From positions 3,720,001 through 3,784,000 of the forward strand of contig SMSO01000025.1 in the NCBI GenBank assembly GCA_004764695.1: a DNA stretch of 64,000 nt, in the 5' to 3' direction. The notes beneath the pieces were generated by a model. The model did not search any database. It was not told where the DNA came from and was given only the letters and a program-made list of their open reading frames with translations. The position numbers and the translations under genes were made by a program. Below, piece after piece: positions 22,563 through 36,532 of this stretch. Positions within the stretch are counted from its first letter, which is position 1; each line of letters opens with the position of its first letter. The stretch is from Schizochytrium sp. TIO01 (Eukaryota > Protista > Bigyra: Labyrinthulomycetes).

Positions 22563-23220
22563 CCTCCTCGGGGCAAAGAGCACCGGCGTCGCCTCGTTGC
22601 CAAGCAGACCGTGGCTGCCGCAGCTCCCTCCCAGCGACTCTGCCCTCGGCAGGCAGCTGTGTATGTAGTGATTGTCCTTCTCCTTCTGCTGCAGAGCCGC
22701 TTCAGCGAGCGAGCCTCTGGAGGCTACTCTTAGCGAATTCGCTAGCTAGGTCCTATCTACCGCGCAGTCGTATGCAGAGCAGGGAAGGACAGGCCTCCTT
22801 CCTTGCCTGGATGAAGATGAGCTTGGTTCTCAGGGAGATCTCGCCTGTCCCGAGCCGCCTCCTGAGACGCCGCGGCCTCGTTCGCGAGCCGCCGCGGCCT
22901 CGCTTCTCTCCCTGCCTCTCGCCGCCGCTGGCCGCTGGCCGCTGGCTGCTGCTTTGGCGCCGGGTCGGCGAGGGTCTTGCTTGAATATTCCTCCTCGAAT
23001 TTGAATTTCGAAGAGCTGATGGAATTTGAATTGAGTGAGTCAATGAATGAATCAATGCGAAGCAAACGAATCCACCACAAAGACTCAGCTCGAACAAGCC
23101 CCGCTCCAAGGACAGCCCGCCTTCGCTCTTCGCTGCAGCCAACCGCGGCCGCTTCCTGCGCTCGACGCCGCTGGTTCTTGCGGCTTTGATGGATTCAATT
23201 CAATCTACGTGAGAATGAGC

Positions 23221-23221
<1 letters not shown>

Positions 23222-23252
<31 letters not shown>
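23222..23252. repeat. (TA)n microsatellite
   Basis: About 15 perfect TA units, followed by degenerate TATG/TGTG. Confidence 0.95.
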
Positions 23253-23266
<14 letters not shown>

Positions 23267-26200
23267 GTGTATACAGCAATAGGATGATGCCTCCTGTGAT
23301 GACGATGCACTCGCTGTGAACGGATTGCCGCCGTTTCCGTCTTTCCGAGGAGGTCGCGAGGGTTCGTCGCCGCCGTGGGACACCGACGAGCTCGCCGCCT
23401 GCCTCCCTCCCTCCCTGCGTGTGCGTGTCGTCTGCGAGGGCGTGCTCTGCCCCGCGCTCCTCGCTGCGCGCCGAGATGCTCTGTGCGGCTGCCGCAACAG
23501 ATGCGCCGCGAGATGAGTTGTCGTTCTGCTGCTCCTTTTGCTCTTCTTTCTTCCCTCCTTTCGGCCTTTCTTCCTTCTGCTGTCTGAATGAACGAAAGGA
23601 AAAGAAAAAGGAAAAGGAAAAGAAAAGTACATTTCTTGTTGTTGTTGTTGTTGTTGTTGTTGTGTTGTTAAAATTAAAAATCAGATGAATGGAATAAAAA
23701 CGTGATGCTGGTTACTCTTAAAAAACAAACAAAAAAACAGAACATGCGAAACATTGAGAGAAACAAGGGTAGAAGGCACCTACCTACCAACCTAGTGTGG
23801 CGATAATAGTGATGGTCCAAGGTTTCCTTCAACTTCACTTCATTTATGGCTTTGGCCAGAGGGAGTGGACTTTAGGTACTAGGTAGTAGTAGGTTGTCCT
23901 TTAAACGAAGCATCACAATCTATTAGCTCATCAATTCCCTGCCATGATGATGATAATTTTAAAAAGATAAGAGAAAAGGAAAAAGATGCACTGTGGAGGT
24001 GCCCTGCTTCCCTTTTCATTCATTGCCCTTTTCCTTCTTTTCTTTTCTCAAAAAGAAAAGAAAAGAAAAGATAAGAATAGAATAGAATAAAAAAAATAGT
24101 ACATTGGTGACGACGATGATGCGGGTTGGTTCTGTCTCTCTCTCTGGCGGACTCAGCCTTTGCTTACTTTGTCTCAACGCGCGATCGTTGCGCTCTCTGA
24201 CACGGAGCTCGACTGTTTCTCCGCTCGATTTTGCCTAATTGTGCTGCTGCTAGTTTCCCGTCATTTTTGCCATTCTCCTTTATTATTATTATTTTATAAG
24301 TTTGTTTTTAATTTATATGTTGGACTCATAACAACAAATAGTTTTCTTCTTCTTCTTCTTCGAAGATTTTACAAAACAAAACTAAAATAACTGAGTGAAC
24401 ATGAGTCATCATTCAAATCAGCTTCAACAACTTGATCCTGGTGGATCGATTGACTGACTCGGGCGTTGTATCCAGCGCTGCGAGAGGGTCTTCAACGAAC
24501 CAGAGAGGTCCAAGACGAGTGAGAGAGAGAGAAACTTCAGGGCTTCCTTAGCCTTAGCTGCCCTCTCGCTCTACCTACAGCGAAGCGACAGACCGAGGCA
24601 CCTTCAGCCAAATAAAAGAGTACACAAATAAACATACAAACAAACAAACAAACAAACAAACAAAGAAACAATCAACCAAGAGAATGAGTGAATAAATCAA
24701 ACTAACAGACAAAGTCAGTCAGTCAGTCAGTCAGTCAGTCAGCAAGCAAGGCCAACCACACGAGTGCTTCGAATACCTCTATATAGGATGCCTCTTTAAA
24801 ATTAGATTTTGTTAAGAGTAAGAACTATCAAATTCATCTTCAAACAGGCACAACCTCAGGCGCCTGTAAGGGCCTGGTTATGTAAAACACTACGAAAATT
24901 GAATGATTGAGAAGATGTAGCAGCAAGGCGAAGAAAGAAAGGAGGTCTCTTTCCCTTCTCATTATAAGCTTTTCGGTACGCGCCAAAGGTCTGTTGGAAG
25001 CCTCGATGCGTAGAGAGGAGAAGAGAGGGAGGCGCCTTGTTGCCTCCCTTTTCACTCTTTTAAAATTAAAACAATGCTTTTAATTCGTTGTCGTTTCCTT
25101 TTCCTTTCCTTTTCCTTTCCCTTTCAAAGAGTTCGAAGAAAATAAAATAGTTCGAAAAAAAGAAAAAGAAGACTGAGCCTTCGTTCTTCTTTCAATTCTT
25201 CACGGGTAAACACGATCAAAACTGGTTACGGATCGAGTGACCGGAACACACGCAGGTTCAACAGAAAGAAAATAATCAAACGTGAGGCTGTTTTTACGGG
25301 CTCGCTCTTCGTGAATCGACGATTCAGCATAGCGCTAGACCTTACCTAAGAGAAGAGAGAATTCGTAAAGTTTTCAATCAATCCTTTTTTTTATTTTATA
25401 AAGTTGAAAACTAGAATAATTGAATGATTGAAGGAATGAATGAATGATTGAAGGAATGAATGAACTCCTTAGAAATAAATAAGTCCGTCTACGCCTCCCA
25501 CTAACACTACCGCACTACTTCTAGGTTGATATGAGCTAGAGCTATAGTTATAATTTCTTACTGACCACTATGAACTGGCCTTCAGTGAGCGTGAGGGAGC
25601 GAGTGAAACCGAGTGGGTTTATCCCTTCAAGTCTTCAGGTGAAATGGTTGATTATCTCGATTCACAGACGCAAAGACCGCCGCAGAGCCTCTTTCCGTAG
25701 CTCCTCTCCGGCCACCGCTGCGCCTCAGCCAGTGCTGCGAGGCCTCGTCAGGCACCCAAGCAATCCTGCCGGCATCGATTGACTATCTAACTGAGAAACT
25801 CTAGAGCTAGCTAGCTAACTGCCGCCGCGCGGCGTTCCAAGCGTTCTTCCTCGCCGCCATCTTCCGTGACATCCTGAAGGAAAGAAAGAACGCGCTTCTA
25901 GCAGCAACTACTAGGAAACTTTAGAGGAGCAGCCAAAACCTGTTTCTTCGTGCTCATACAATGAATACACTACTTCGTTTTCTTTTCTTTTTAACAAAAA
26001 CAGCAAAAAGAAGTAAAAGCAAAAAGGGAATCAATATTACTCATTTTCGATTTTAATGATAAAACTTTCAAGTTAGCCCAGAGAACGAACGAAACGAGAA
26101 CGCTCATTCGCGTGTTCACTCACGAGTGACTGCGGGACATAGGGAACCCGTCCCGTCAGGTTGGTGTCTCGTTTCCAACTTCCGCCATAAAGTTCTTCGT

Positions 26201-26330
26201 TTGAAATTCACCGTCTTCCTTTTCCTCCATCTGTCCTATTATGGGCTCCAGGGATGAAGTATGGAGCATTGGCTGCTAACCATCGGTAGGGGTAGCTAGG
26301 GGGCTGCCTAAGGCTCTACGCGGAAGCAGT

Positions 26331-26377
26331 CAAAGCAGAGCAAAGCAGAGCAAAGCAGAGCAAAGCAGAGCAAAGCA
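26331..26377 (+). repeat. Tandem decamer (CAAAGCAGAG)x4.7
   Basis: Four perfect units plus a partial unit. Confidence 0.95.
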
Positions 26378-27330
26378 AGAACCCAAAGGGGCGACGAGAG
26401 GAGCGCGAGGAACTCCACTTCTTCTGCGATGGAGTGCGCGTACGCTTGCTTGTCTCCTGCAGGCCCTGGTTGCATCGCGGGCTGCCTGAAACCGCGAGCC
26501 TAAAGGCATCGTGGCAGCCGAGGAAGAGAACTTGGAGTTGGGCGAATTTGCGATTGATTTCAAAAAGGAAAGCACTTGCAAGAATGGAGGCGACGCAAGA
26601 GGCGCCCGGCCAACCAAACTCTTGCTACTCGAGCTCGCCACCAATGGGCAGGGAGGTGGCTAGTCTCGTGCCACTCAGAGGCTGGTTGGTGCAGAGAAGA
26701 AGAAGAGGTGCGCATTGCAATGGATTGGCAAACTCGCGAGAGATTGCCTTTCTCACTCGAGCTTGTTCTCGCCCGGTTCTCCATGTTCTCCTTTCTTGTT
26801 ATGCACTGCCTACCCAAACGAAGCCGGGGATGGAGAGCGACTCACCTTTTCAGACTTTTTCGAAAGTGAGCGACGTTTCTTGAGCCGCAATGTATGTTTC
26901 ATGCTCGCAAGGAGCTCACTGCACTGCGAAGGCGAGGAGCATTCGAAGCTGGAGGTATCAATCAATCAGTCTCAGGTCAGTGCACCTTTTTATTTATAAC
27001 AATTTGTATACTGTGTTGTTGAAATGCCTACGTCTTGAATTACATTTTTGAGATTACCTGCTACCTTAGAGTTAGGCACCTTTTCGATTAGATTCTCTGC
27101 AGCAGCAGTAGTACTCAACTCGACTCGAATCAATGGCGTTTACAATAAAACAATGAAGAAATTGTAGTGGTGTTTTTTTAATTTAAATTATATCTACAAC
27201 ATTTGTGATTTGATTCGCCTTGGAAAGTCACGAGAGTTGCCGAGATTACCAACAGACTCACTGGCCCACTCTAGCTCCTTTGCCAACAGAAGTCGGCAAG
27301 TTCAAACAACAGCTCAAGCTCAAGCTCAAG

Positions 27331-27420
27331 CTCAAGCTCAAGCTTAAACTGTTGTTTGAGCTTATCCTCAAGTTCAAGTTCAAGTATAAGCTCAAACAAC
27401 AGTTTAAGCTTGAGCTTGAG
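27331..27420. repeat. Perfect inverted repeat, 35-bp arms and 20-nt loop
   Basis: 27331-27365 (CTCAAGCTCAAGCTTAAACTGTTGTTTGAGCTTAT) is the exact reverse complement of 27386-27420. Confidence 0.95.
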
Positions 27421-27967
27421 GACGACCAAGGCAGACTACCAAGGTTTCTCTCTTGAAGCTTGTCTCATGCACGGTGGCGCTCGTGACGTTCTGGCATGTC
27501 ACGATCAAGAGACTTTCATTCATTCATTCATTCAGACCACCCAGGAAGCAGCATTAGCTAGAAAGCACGTAGGCCGTAGCCGCATCGATGATGATGCACC
27601 GATGATGAGTCTCCCAAAACACAGAAGTATCGCACTTGAAACAGGATTTCAAGAGCCACTTCCTTTTCTTTTGAGTTTGAAAGAAATACCAGTAGCTATT
27701 ATCTAGAGAAGAATAACGCGACCGAACGCAAGTTTCTACTGGCAAACTTCTAATGTGCTCTGTTCTTTCCATTCCCGTCGTGAAACACAATCTCTGCCTC
27801 TGTGACTTCCTTACTTTCGCTTCTTTAGGGGCACTCGAGCCCTTTTGCCTTCGTCACGCACGATTGCGAAAGCTTTCTTCTCTTCTCAACGCCCGCGTCT
27901 CTCAACTTCTCTCTCGACCTGCAACGGCGGCGATTTCGAGGGCCACTGGCAGCGACAGTTTCGGGGC

Positions 27968-28114
27968 AGTTTAGTTTAATTTAGTTTAGTTTAGTTTGGT
28001 TTAGTTTAGTTTGGTTTAGTTTGGTTTAGTTTAGTTTGGTTTAGTTTAGTTTAGTTTAGTTTAATTTAGTTTAGTTTAATTTAGTTTAGTTTAGTTTAGT
28101 TTAGTTTGGTTTGG
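27968..28114 (+). repeat. Pentanucleotide array (TTTAG)n with TTTGG/TTTAA variants, ~29 units
   Basis: Read directly. Confidence 0.95.
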
Positions 28115-29492
28115 CTCAGTTTCGTCGTACCTACCTACTCAGCTTCGAATTCTCGTCACGATGATGGGTGGCGGAGAGGTCGCGCGCCTTCAAGCAGGCT
28201 ATGGAAAGCGAGAAGCCATGGGCTCGAGGAGAGAGAGGTTCTTCTGGTGAGGTGGTTTGTGCTTTTACTTTTGAATAATGGTAGTGGATCGGCGTCAGTG
28301 CTCGATCGACATCTTCGACAAGAACAACTCTGTTGCTTGAAAACAACTAAAGCATCACCGCAGGCCCTCTTCATTCTTGTATGCGTCTGGGCCCCCTCTC
28401 GCTCGCACCTTCGACATGGCTCTAATAGGGGGCCTCGCGGACTCCCCCAAAGCTTTCACGCCTCGCGATACGGATGTTCTCGGGCAAGCGGGACTGCGAT
28501 AATGCGTCTTTTTGCGATCATGGTTCTGATACGGGCCGAGCAGGGGGCTCGCGCTTGCTTCGCGGAGGAGAAGAGGAAATCCGGCGGCAGGCATTTCATG
28601 CACCAGTTTCGACAAAGGACGGCGCCCCGCACAGTGCGGCTGTGGTTGTAATTTGAGAGGGGGTATGCTTGAAAACGCGACTGTGGGTTTCCGCAGCCAT
28701 CTTGCGTGTGGGAGCTGGAGGGGTTGCTTGAATACTACTGACTGACTCGCCGATGACGCGCTAGTTGGTTTGCACCTCGGTGCGCTTTCCAGCTGGTGCT
28801 AGGCCTGCTCTAAGAGCCCCTACAGTCTCATTCCCTGTCCACGTCCCTTCTCCAATTTCAATACTAAGCCATCCAGCCAACAGTTAGGAAAGCAGCTTGA
28901 ACTTGTGTGTGTCCGTCTATCTGCTTGTCTGTCTGTTTGTTTGTCTGTTTGTATATTTGTTTATTTGTTTATTTGTTTATATCTTGGTGTGTTTGTTGGT
29001 TTACTAAAGTTTGCCCATCGGCTTAAAGGGCGGCCAGGAACCTTGAAGTTCTTCCTGCCCGACCTTCTCACGCGTTGCCCGTTCCATTTGCGAGAACTCG
29101 GAAGACACCACTCTTTCGTACTTGCTTCGGCCTGCTTGTTTAGTAGGTACTTTTAGAAGTATCCTAGACTCCTCCCCATGTGCTTTCTTCCTAAACTTTT
29201 TTTTTTTTTTCAAGTTTGTTTTTAATCTTGTTTAGAAGAAAAAAGAAAGAAGAAAGAGAGAAAGAGATGCTGATGGCTGTTGAACTCTTTTTATTATTTT
29301 AAAAGAGAATCTTTTTATACCGGGGAGTTTTGTTTCAAAGGAAAAGGAAAGACTACAAGAAGAAAAGAGCGAATCAGACAGACAGAGAGAAAGTTGGGAC
29401 CTAGACACTACCTGAGACGCAGACAGACAAGAACGAAAGAAAGAACAAGTAAGAGAAAATAGTTTTTTAATTTTTTTTTAAAATAAAAACTT

Positions 29493-29595
<103 letters not shown>

Positions 29596-29880
29596 GAAGA
29601 AGCCAAATGCCAACGAAGCGGGAGAACGTGCAAGAGTCACGAACGTACGTTGGGTGCAGAATCAATCAATGAACGTTCCCGTAGCGCATTTTTCCTCCTC
29701 GAGGTTTTCGAGGTTTCTTTCAATCCCAATCTCTTCCCTCCTTCCTCCGCTCCAGAGCCGGCGCTCCGAGGGGCGAAAAGCGGTCTGCGGCGCCCCGTGA
29801 CGCGCGGCCGAGGAAGAAGAGAGAGAGAGACATCGTGCGAGCAGTACAGATCAACGCAGGACCTGTGATAGCATCTCGCC

Positions 29881-30028
29881 AACAAACAAATAAACAAATA
29901 AACAAATAAACAAATAAACAAACAAACAAACAAACAAACAAAGAAACAAACAAACAAAGAAACAAACAAACAAACAAACAAACAAAGAAACAAACAAACA
30001 AAGAAACAAACAAACAAAGAAACAAACA
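29881..30028 (+). repeat. (AAAC/AAAT/AAAG)n compound microsatellite
   Basis: Read directly. Confidence 0.95.
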
Positions 30029-30214
30029 GACGAACGAATTGAGGTCGGCGGGTCATCGATCCATTTCGATTCTCAGGTCCAATTGATTGATTGCAGCAGT
30101 TGACAACCGCAATTTCGCTGAGAAGAGAGCGCTCTTTTGATCGTTTCGCTCTTCCTTCAGTGCGATTCGTACCGCTGCCGTAGCTGATGAGCTAGCCAGT
30201 ACATAGAAGGTTCC

Positions 30215-30245
<31 letters not shown>

Positions 30246-33200
30246 GTTATAGAACTGTCTATCTATCTATCACTCACCGCTCTCTGTGGCACATTGCACT
30301 TAGGTTAAAAGAGTCGTTCAAATGCTCAGGCCGTTCTGTTTAAAGAATGGATGAATGGATAGATGAATGAATACTTGTGCCATCTATGGCTACATAGCCA
30401 CCAGTTAATAAACAAAGCATAAGCTAAAGCGGCGCTAACAAAGCTGCCGAGCGCTCAGTGAGAAGAACAAACACAGCGGCAGAAGAAGCGATGCGACTTC
30501 CAGAGCTCGCGAGCAGAGCTTTGGGAACGCCATCTGCCACGGCTGATGCGGCCTGCGGGAAGGGTTTCAAAGCTGGTGGAGGGGCGGCCGGCTTGGCTGA
30601 GCTGGAGAGCAGGGCATGTATATGCATGGTTGGTTGGCCTTGGCCTGCTCTTCTTTGCGCTCAGAGCTTTTCGAGTTCAAGTGCTGCACGAATCATATTT
30701 TGTGCATCTGCACGAATGAACAGAATTCAAATCATCCATCTTCCATTTTGAGTAAAAGTAAAAATAGAAAACGATGATGATGGCAAACGTTTAAAGTTCG
30801 TCCTCCTCAGTCTTGTTATTTTAATATTTATTGAAAAAATAATTATTATCATCAGATAACGATAGTATTACTTTTTTTAACACTGGGGCAGATTCCTTCG
30901 AAATGCCTAATAGTATCTACTACAGGTAGAGAAGAAGGCGCACACCGAGGCGAGGAAGCCTGAGAGGCCGCGCTGATCAGTGGCAGAGCCAGGGCGCTTC
31001 CTGCTAAATCTGCAAATAATTGATGCGAAGTGGAGGAAAGGGAGAAAAGCCACGCCTGCATGTCCTTTTCGCCCACTCTGCGTGTCTTCTGTAGGATATA
31101 AATGAGCTCCACGTGCCCATCAGCACGCTAGGTAGTAGGTGGTATTACTCATTTATTTGCTTATTTGTGTATTTCTTTCTTTATTGATAGATAGATCGAT
31201 CGATTGATTGACCTCAATTTCTTGGTTGGTTTAAAATAAATAAAAATTAACATTTATTGAAGGAAGGAGAAAGCGGAACTAGTAAGAGATAGTGGAAAAG
31301 AGAGCCTTCCCAGAGTAGAGGGAGGTATTGTCGTTTAATGGCTGTTTGGAAACGATTTGTTAGAGAGAAGAAAAAGAGGAGATAGAGAAACCCAACTTGT
31401 TACCTTTGGAGATGAATACCGACTAACTTTGGTGCAAGTAAGAGAAGGAATGAAGAAAACCCCAACGTAGCCATACTAAGGAAAGGATATCGTGTGCACA
31501 TAACCCTCAAAAGCGGATGAATGCATGAATGAATCGAATGAAATGTTATAAATTAAATCGAATTGAATTTAAGGCCGAATTGATGTGAAATGGTCCTCGT
31601 CTGTGTCGATGCCATAAAGTTTCTCGCTGACACCGAGAAAGGGGCGCTCGCACACCATAGTTCTTCTGCTGCCTACTCGCCTGAGCCGCTTCCGGGAAAT
31701 GGCCCTCCGCACGGTCTTCCTGGCACAGAAAGGGCCGGTCTCTTGAAAGATGAAGGACTTTGGCGAAGAAGGGGCGGCGATCTGAAGACTTCGATGAACA
31801 ACGACAAACAGAGCAAACCTGTTTCAGACTCGCGCCTCTTCAATGTAACTAAAACGAACTGCCCTCATTTCCACTTCAGGTTTCAACCCAACTAATTCTT
31901 ACTAACTAACTAACACATATGAAATTCAAAAGTATTTTTCTCTCTTCAATCTTAATCTGATTACATATATATTATATATCATTTTACTTATTAAAATTAA
32001 AATTAAAATGACAGTGCTTTGCGTATTTGTTTCCTTTTTGAAAATGATCGAAACTATAATCATATTTTAAAAATTAAAATAAATGCTTTTTTTTCCCCTC
32101 TAAGGTTTGATGCTTTGACAGGTCTCTCTACCTCTACTACCGCTCTAGCTAGAGTAGCAGAGCGTGAAAGCTATATAGCGAGAAAGGCATTTTAAAAAGT
32201 AATTTTAAAATTAGAAAGAGAAGAGAGGAGGCCCTTCAGTTGATGATGATGCGCAAGAGTGTGCGAGACGCGGTTCTCTTAGTATTTAATCTCTCACCTT
32301 TTCTATCTTACAGCAAGCGCAGTCCCTCGCGCTCTCTTGCAGGCAAGCAGGCAAGCAAGCAGGCAAGCAAGCAAGCCGCCATCTGTTTGCCAGCGCCGCT
32401 GCGTTCGGCCCCGCCGTCCCTTCTTCGCTGCTCGCTTGCCGGCGCTTGCTGTTCGTTCCTTGGGCTTGGTTCTGAGGATGGATGTTGCTGCCTACCTGCA
32501 GATGATCTATCTTTCGCGACGTGGACACCGGAAGTGAACTTGTAGCAGTGCCAGAGACCAGACTCCAGCGGGATCAAATGCAGCACCAGGTCTCGCCAGC
32601 GGCACGGAGAGCAAGGCAGAACGCGACAGAAGAGAGAGCACCTTGTTTGTTCGAGGGACTGCGACTTCTCGCTCCCAGGATCCGGACTCCAGGAGGCCAG
32701 AAAGGTGGACAAGACGCCACGAGCGAACACCAATGCGGTCTTCATGGCGCCCTGAGCTGCCTTGTACGGATTCCTAAACAGTGAAGCCCAAGTGCCACCT
32801 CCCTTTGCAAAGCGCGGCGACGAGAGTAATCAAAGGTCGATCATCATGCTCCTCGTCACGGCGAGATCGATCTCGAAAGACGACTTCGTGTGCAGCAATT
32901 TCAACTTGGCTTTCAGACGCTTGGAGATGCTGCAGTGCGCTTCTGCAGGACCTTGTCGCCTTTTCCAATGGGGATCCTGGGAGTCCTGCGAAAGTGTCTG
33001 AGGATCAGCGTTGTTGTTCTAGTAGTAGGTAGTACCTGTCGTAGGTTCGAGACAACTTGAAACTTGAGGTGCAACGCACGTAGTAGAGTGTGCGCTAAAG
33101 TGGACTGAGCCATTGAACCGCGGAAATGGATGCATTCATGCATACATACACATGCACATCTATACCTCATCTCTGGTAGTGGCTAGTGCTGCTCTGTTGC

Positions 33201-34894
33201 GTAGGCGTTTCGCACTTGATGGCCGAAAGCTGCAGCCTTAAGTTTGAGAGGAGAACAAGAAGCTCATCACGTTCATGTATACCCTAAAATTCAAGCAAAA
33301 GAGCCTCGGCTTAGCTTATAAGGATTTAATATAATAATTTTCAAGTTGAAGGTTTAGGGTCATCTCCAAAAGAGTTAAATCATCACCTTCGGAAATTCAC
33401 ACGTGTTTGCTTCGTTCCCCCTTTCCTTTTTATAGAACTGATGATGTATCGAGACACCTGCTGAATAGAAGTACTAAAGATCAACAACTTTACCCCTTGG
33501 GGATTAATATGTCTGACCGAATCTCTAAACAAACTCTCTCATTCCCACTCTCTGAACCTGCGATGACAATGAATTAACCAAAGCTTTTTAAAGTACAGAT
33601 TAAAACAAACCTTTTTTTTTAGTTTGACTGTTTGAAAAGCGAAATTCAAAGCAAAGCAAAAATTAAGAAGTGCTAGCAAAGAACCAGTGATGATGGCGAT
33701 CCTGGGTTCTTCATTTCAAAGGCACTACTTAAGCTCCGGTAGCTAATAACATCTGCCTCTGGAGCTCTAGGCCGATTCGTTCCAGCCGGTATCAGATCCG
33801 AACATGCTGCAGATGCGAAAGGGAAACGTGTAAAGATCTGTAAACGATTTCTTTCATGGAGTGCCGAACTCACTCACTCAAACTTGCTGCTTTTGGCACC
33901 GGTGAAGCTGCCCTCAGCAATATGAGGCAAACGAAATCTGCGCCCGCCACAGCATCAAAGTAATCATATAGAATATCGCCGCCTTATCATGGCTCGAAAC
34001 CGTAATCTGTGGAGCTTTTGGAGAAAGCTCCGATAACATTTGGGTATAAATCTTTGCCCGAACAGACGAGGAAATATCTTTTGCTTGGACTTGACGAGCA
34101 AGTTGAACCTCTGCCAGCTTGCAAAGCTGCAAACTAGTGAGGGAGGGGGGGAGGGCAAGAGATCCTTCCGTGAAGGCTGACATACTTTCCTGAAGATCGA
34201 AACTTGAAGGACAGAAAGGGTGAGTGCCTTCAACGTGAAGTTCTCTGCTCTTGTTTCCTCATACCGCAATCTCTGTGATTTTCTCACACGCGAATCCACG
34301 CAGAAGTAGGGACTGTTCATGGATACTAGGTAGGCACCTACCTACTCCTCAGTAAAAGACAATGGGAAAGTGGCGTCTGGAACTGGTTGCCTCAGAGGTT
34401 TCTTACTAGTTTCTGTCATAAGCGGCTGGAAGCTGGGTGAATGAGCGAAGTCGCCATCGCCACTCTGATCGTCCACACTATGGTTGAAGGGGAGGGGCCT
34501 TGGCCTTCTTAATTGCTCCACGCACTCTCATTCAATTAAGTCGTCACTCGTTCATTCATATTACTACATAGCTAGCCACCCACGTCCTAGTTTTTCTTTC
34601 TTTCTTTCTTTCTTTCTCTCTTTCCATAGATACCAACAACTGCGGAGGTCGCCGGTGACCAGAGCCAGCCGTAAAGAAAATAAAATATCCACAGAAGAGG
34701 AACTAACTACTGCCTGCCAATCACATCACATCACCGAAGAGTGGAGGCGTGGCGCATCATCCAGGATAAATAACAAGCCAGCAGCAGTGAGGGATCCCTC
34801 TGCCCGAAGGAAGTACCGCTCGAGGAGGCCACCCTCCGCGAGAAAGAAAGTATACTCCACCGCAGCTTCAGGTCAGAAGCGGAGTGAGTCGAAC

Positions 34895-34993
34895 GCATTG
34901 CATTGCATTGCATTGCATTACATTACATTGCATTGCATTGCATTGCACTGCATTACGTTGCATTACATTGCATTAAATTGCATTGCATTGCAT
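34895..34993 (+). repeat. (CATTG/CATTA)n pentanucleotide array, ~20 units
   Basis: Read directly. Confidence 0.95.
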
Positions 34994-36501
34994 AGAGAAG
35001 GTACCGCTCATCCGAAGTGACCACCTTTTGAAAGATAGATCGACCGCCTTCGAAACTAACAAGCGCAAGCCCGCATAAAAGATTTCACCACTCATGCGCC
35101 CACTCACTAATTGCTTGCCAGCGCTGTGAAGAGACCGAAAGCTCCGCTCCAGGCTTGCCCCCTTTTAGGCGCAAAGGTCAGGGACCTAGTTAGAGCTACA
35201 GACGAGAGCTAGCTCTCTTCAAATCCCGCTCGGGAAAGGATCTCGCGGCACTGGCACCGCTCCAGATGAGGGAGGTACCCAAGCAAGCCTACTTACACCC
35301 GGAGCAGCAGCAGCCAGACGGTTTGTTTCCCGTCACGGGCAGGTTGAGTTGACCTTTTCGCGATTGGTACGAGTGTTTCTTTGTTTCTTTGTTTCTTTGT
35401 TTCTTTGTTGTTTGACGTTTATATTTCTTAGGTTACATGGACAACGGATCGGAAGGACCTCAGGCCTTGAGGTTGAACGCTCCAGGTATGAACAGTGGCT
35501 GGCAATATCTGCGGCACTTGTATAGCAGGCGTTGGGAAGCTGGTATAAGGCCCTGTTCGGCGCTGCAGCTGTAGCTGTAGAAGACTCGCGAGAATAATAA
35601 AAGCGGCGGCTACCGTTCAGGGATCTCCAAGTAAGCTTTCTTTTGCGTGTCAGCCGAAGCTTATTTTTATCAGTCAGTCAGTCAATCAGTCAATCGGTCT
35701 TACTTTTGCTTATAATGAAATAAAATTAAAAATTAAAACAACCCGCAGACATCGATACTAAATAAGCTCTATTCATTTATAATTTTAATTATCAGTATTA
35801 ATTTTAGTTTTGTTTAAGTAAAAGTCAATTTAAAAACAAAACAAAAAAACATTTAAACCAGCTTGAACTCTGAAGGAAACAGAAGTTTTGCTCTTTTATA
35901 AAAAGTTAAGAGCCTGCTGCATATCACATGCATGATACGGGACGTTCTATGACTTTATGTTCAAACAACAATCAATTATCGAGGGAGGGGAAACCACAAA
36001 GAGCGAGCCTTGATGCGCTTGACGACGGTGGTCCGAATCAAGAACTGCGTTCGATATTCGGCGGTGGCGTCTCGAAAGAATCTCAAATCGACTCCCGCGG
36101 AAATAAGAGGCGCGAGGCAGAGCTTTAATTAAAAACTAATATATATATATAATAAAAACTTGATTGATAATTTTTTAAAATTAAACAAAGGTACTTTGGT
36201 AGCCGCTATTAGATGGTAGTTTAAGCAACAGGGAGAGGTCCAAGGATTCGCTCTCTTTATTTTTCTCACTTTCTCTGAGCGCCCAGTGACGAGGATCGAG
36301 CGATAGTCAACGCGCTCGCAGCGTCGAAGTGCCCACGATGTCTTCCTCCAACTCCTTAGCATCATCGACGTCGTCATCATTAGCAGCGCCGCAATCGCAG
36401 TCTCGCGGAAAGGCGCGGCCTCTGGGGACCCAGAGCTTTGCCGCCCTTCGCACAGAGGAAGATTGGCATATTTCGTTTCTTGATTGAATGAAACAAAGCG
36501 G

Positions 36502-36532
<31 letters not shown>

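Noticed and set aside
29637-30056. Hydrophobic ORFs (LFVCLF repeats), and similar ORFs at 20619-21026, 34484-35020, 40063-40740 and 44026-44706
   Set aside because: Translations of microsatellites that contain no stop codons; not credible proteins.
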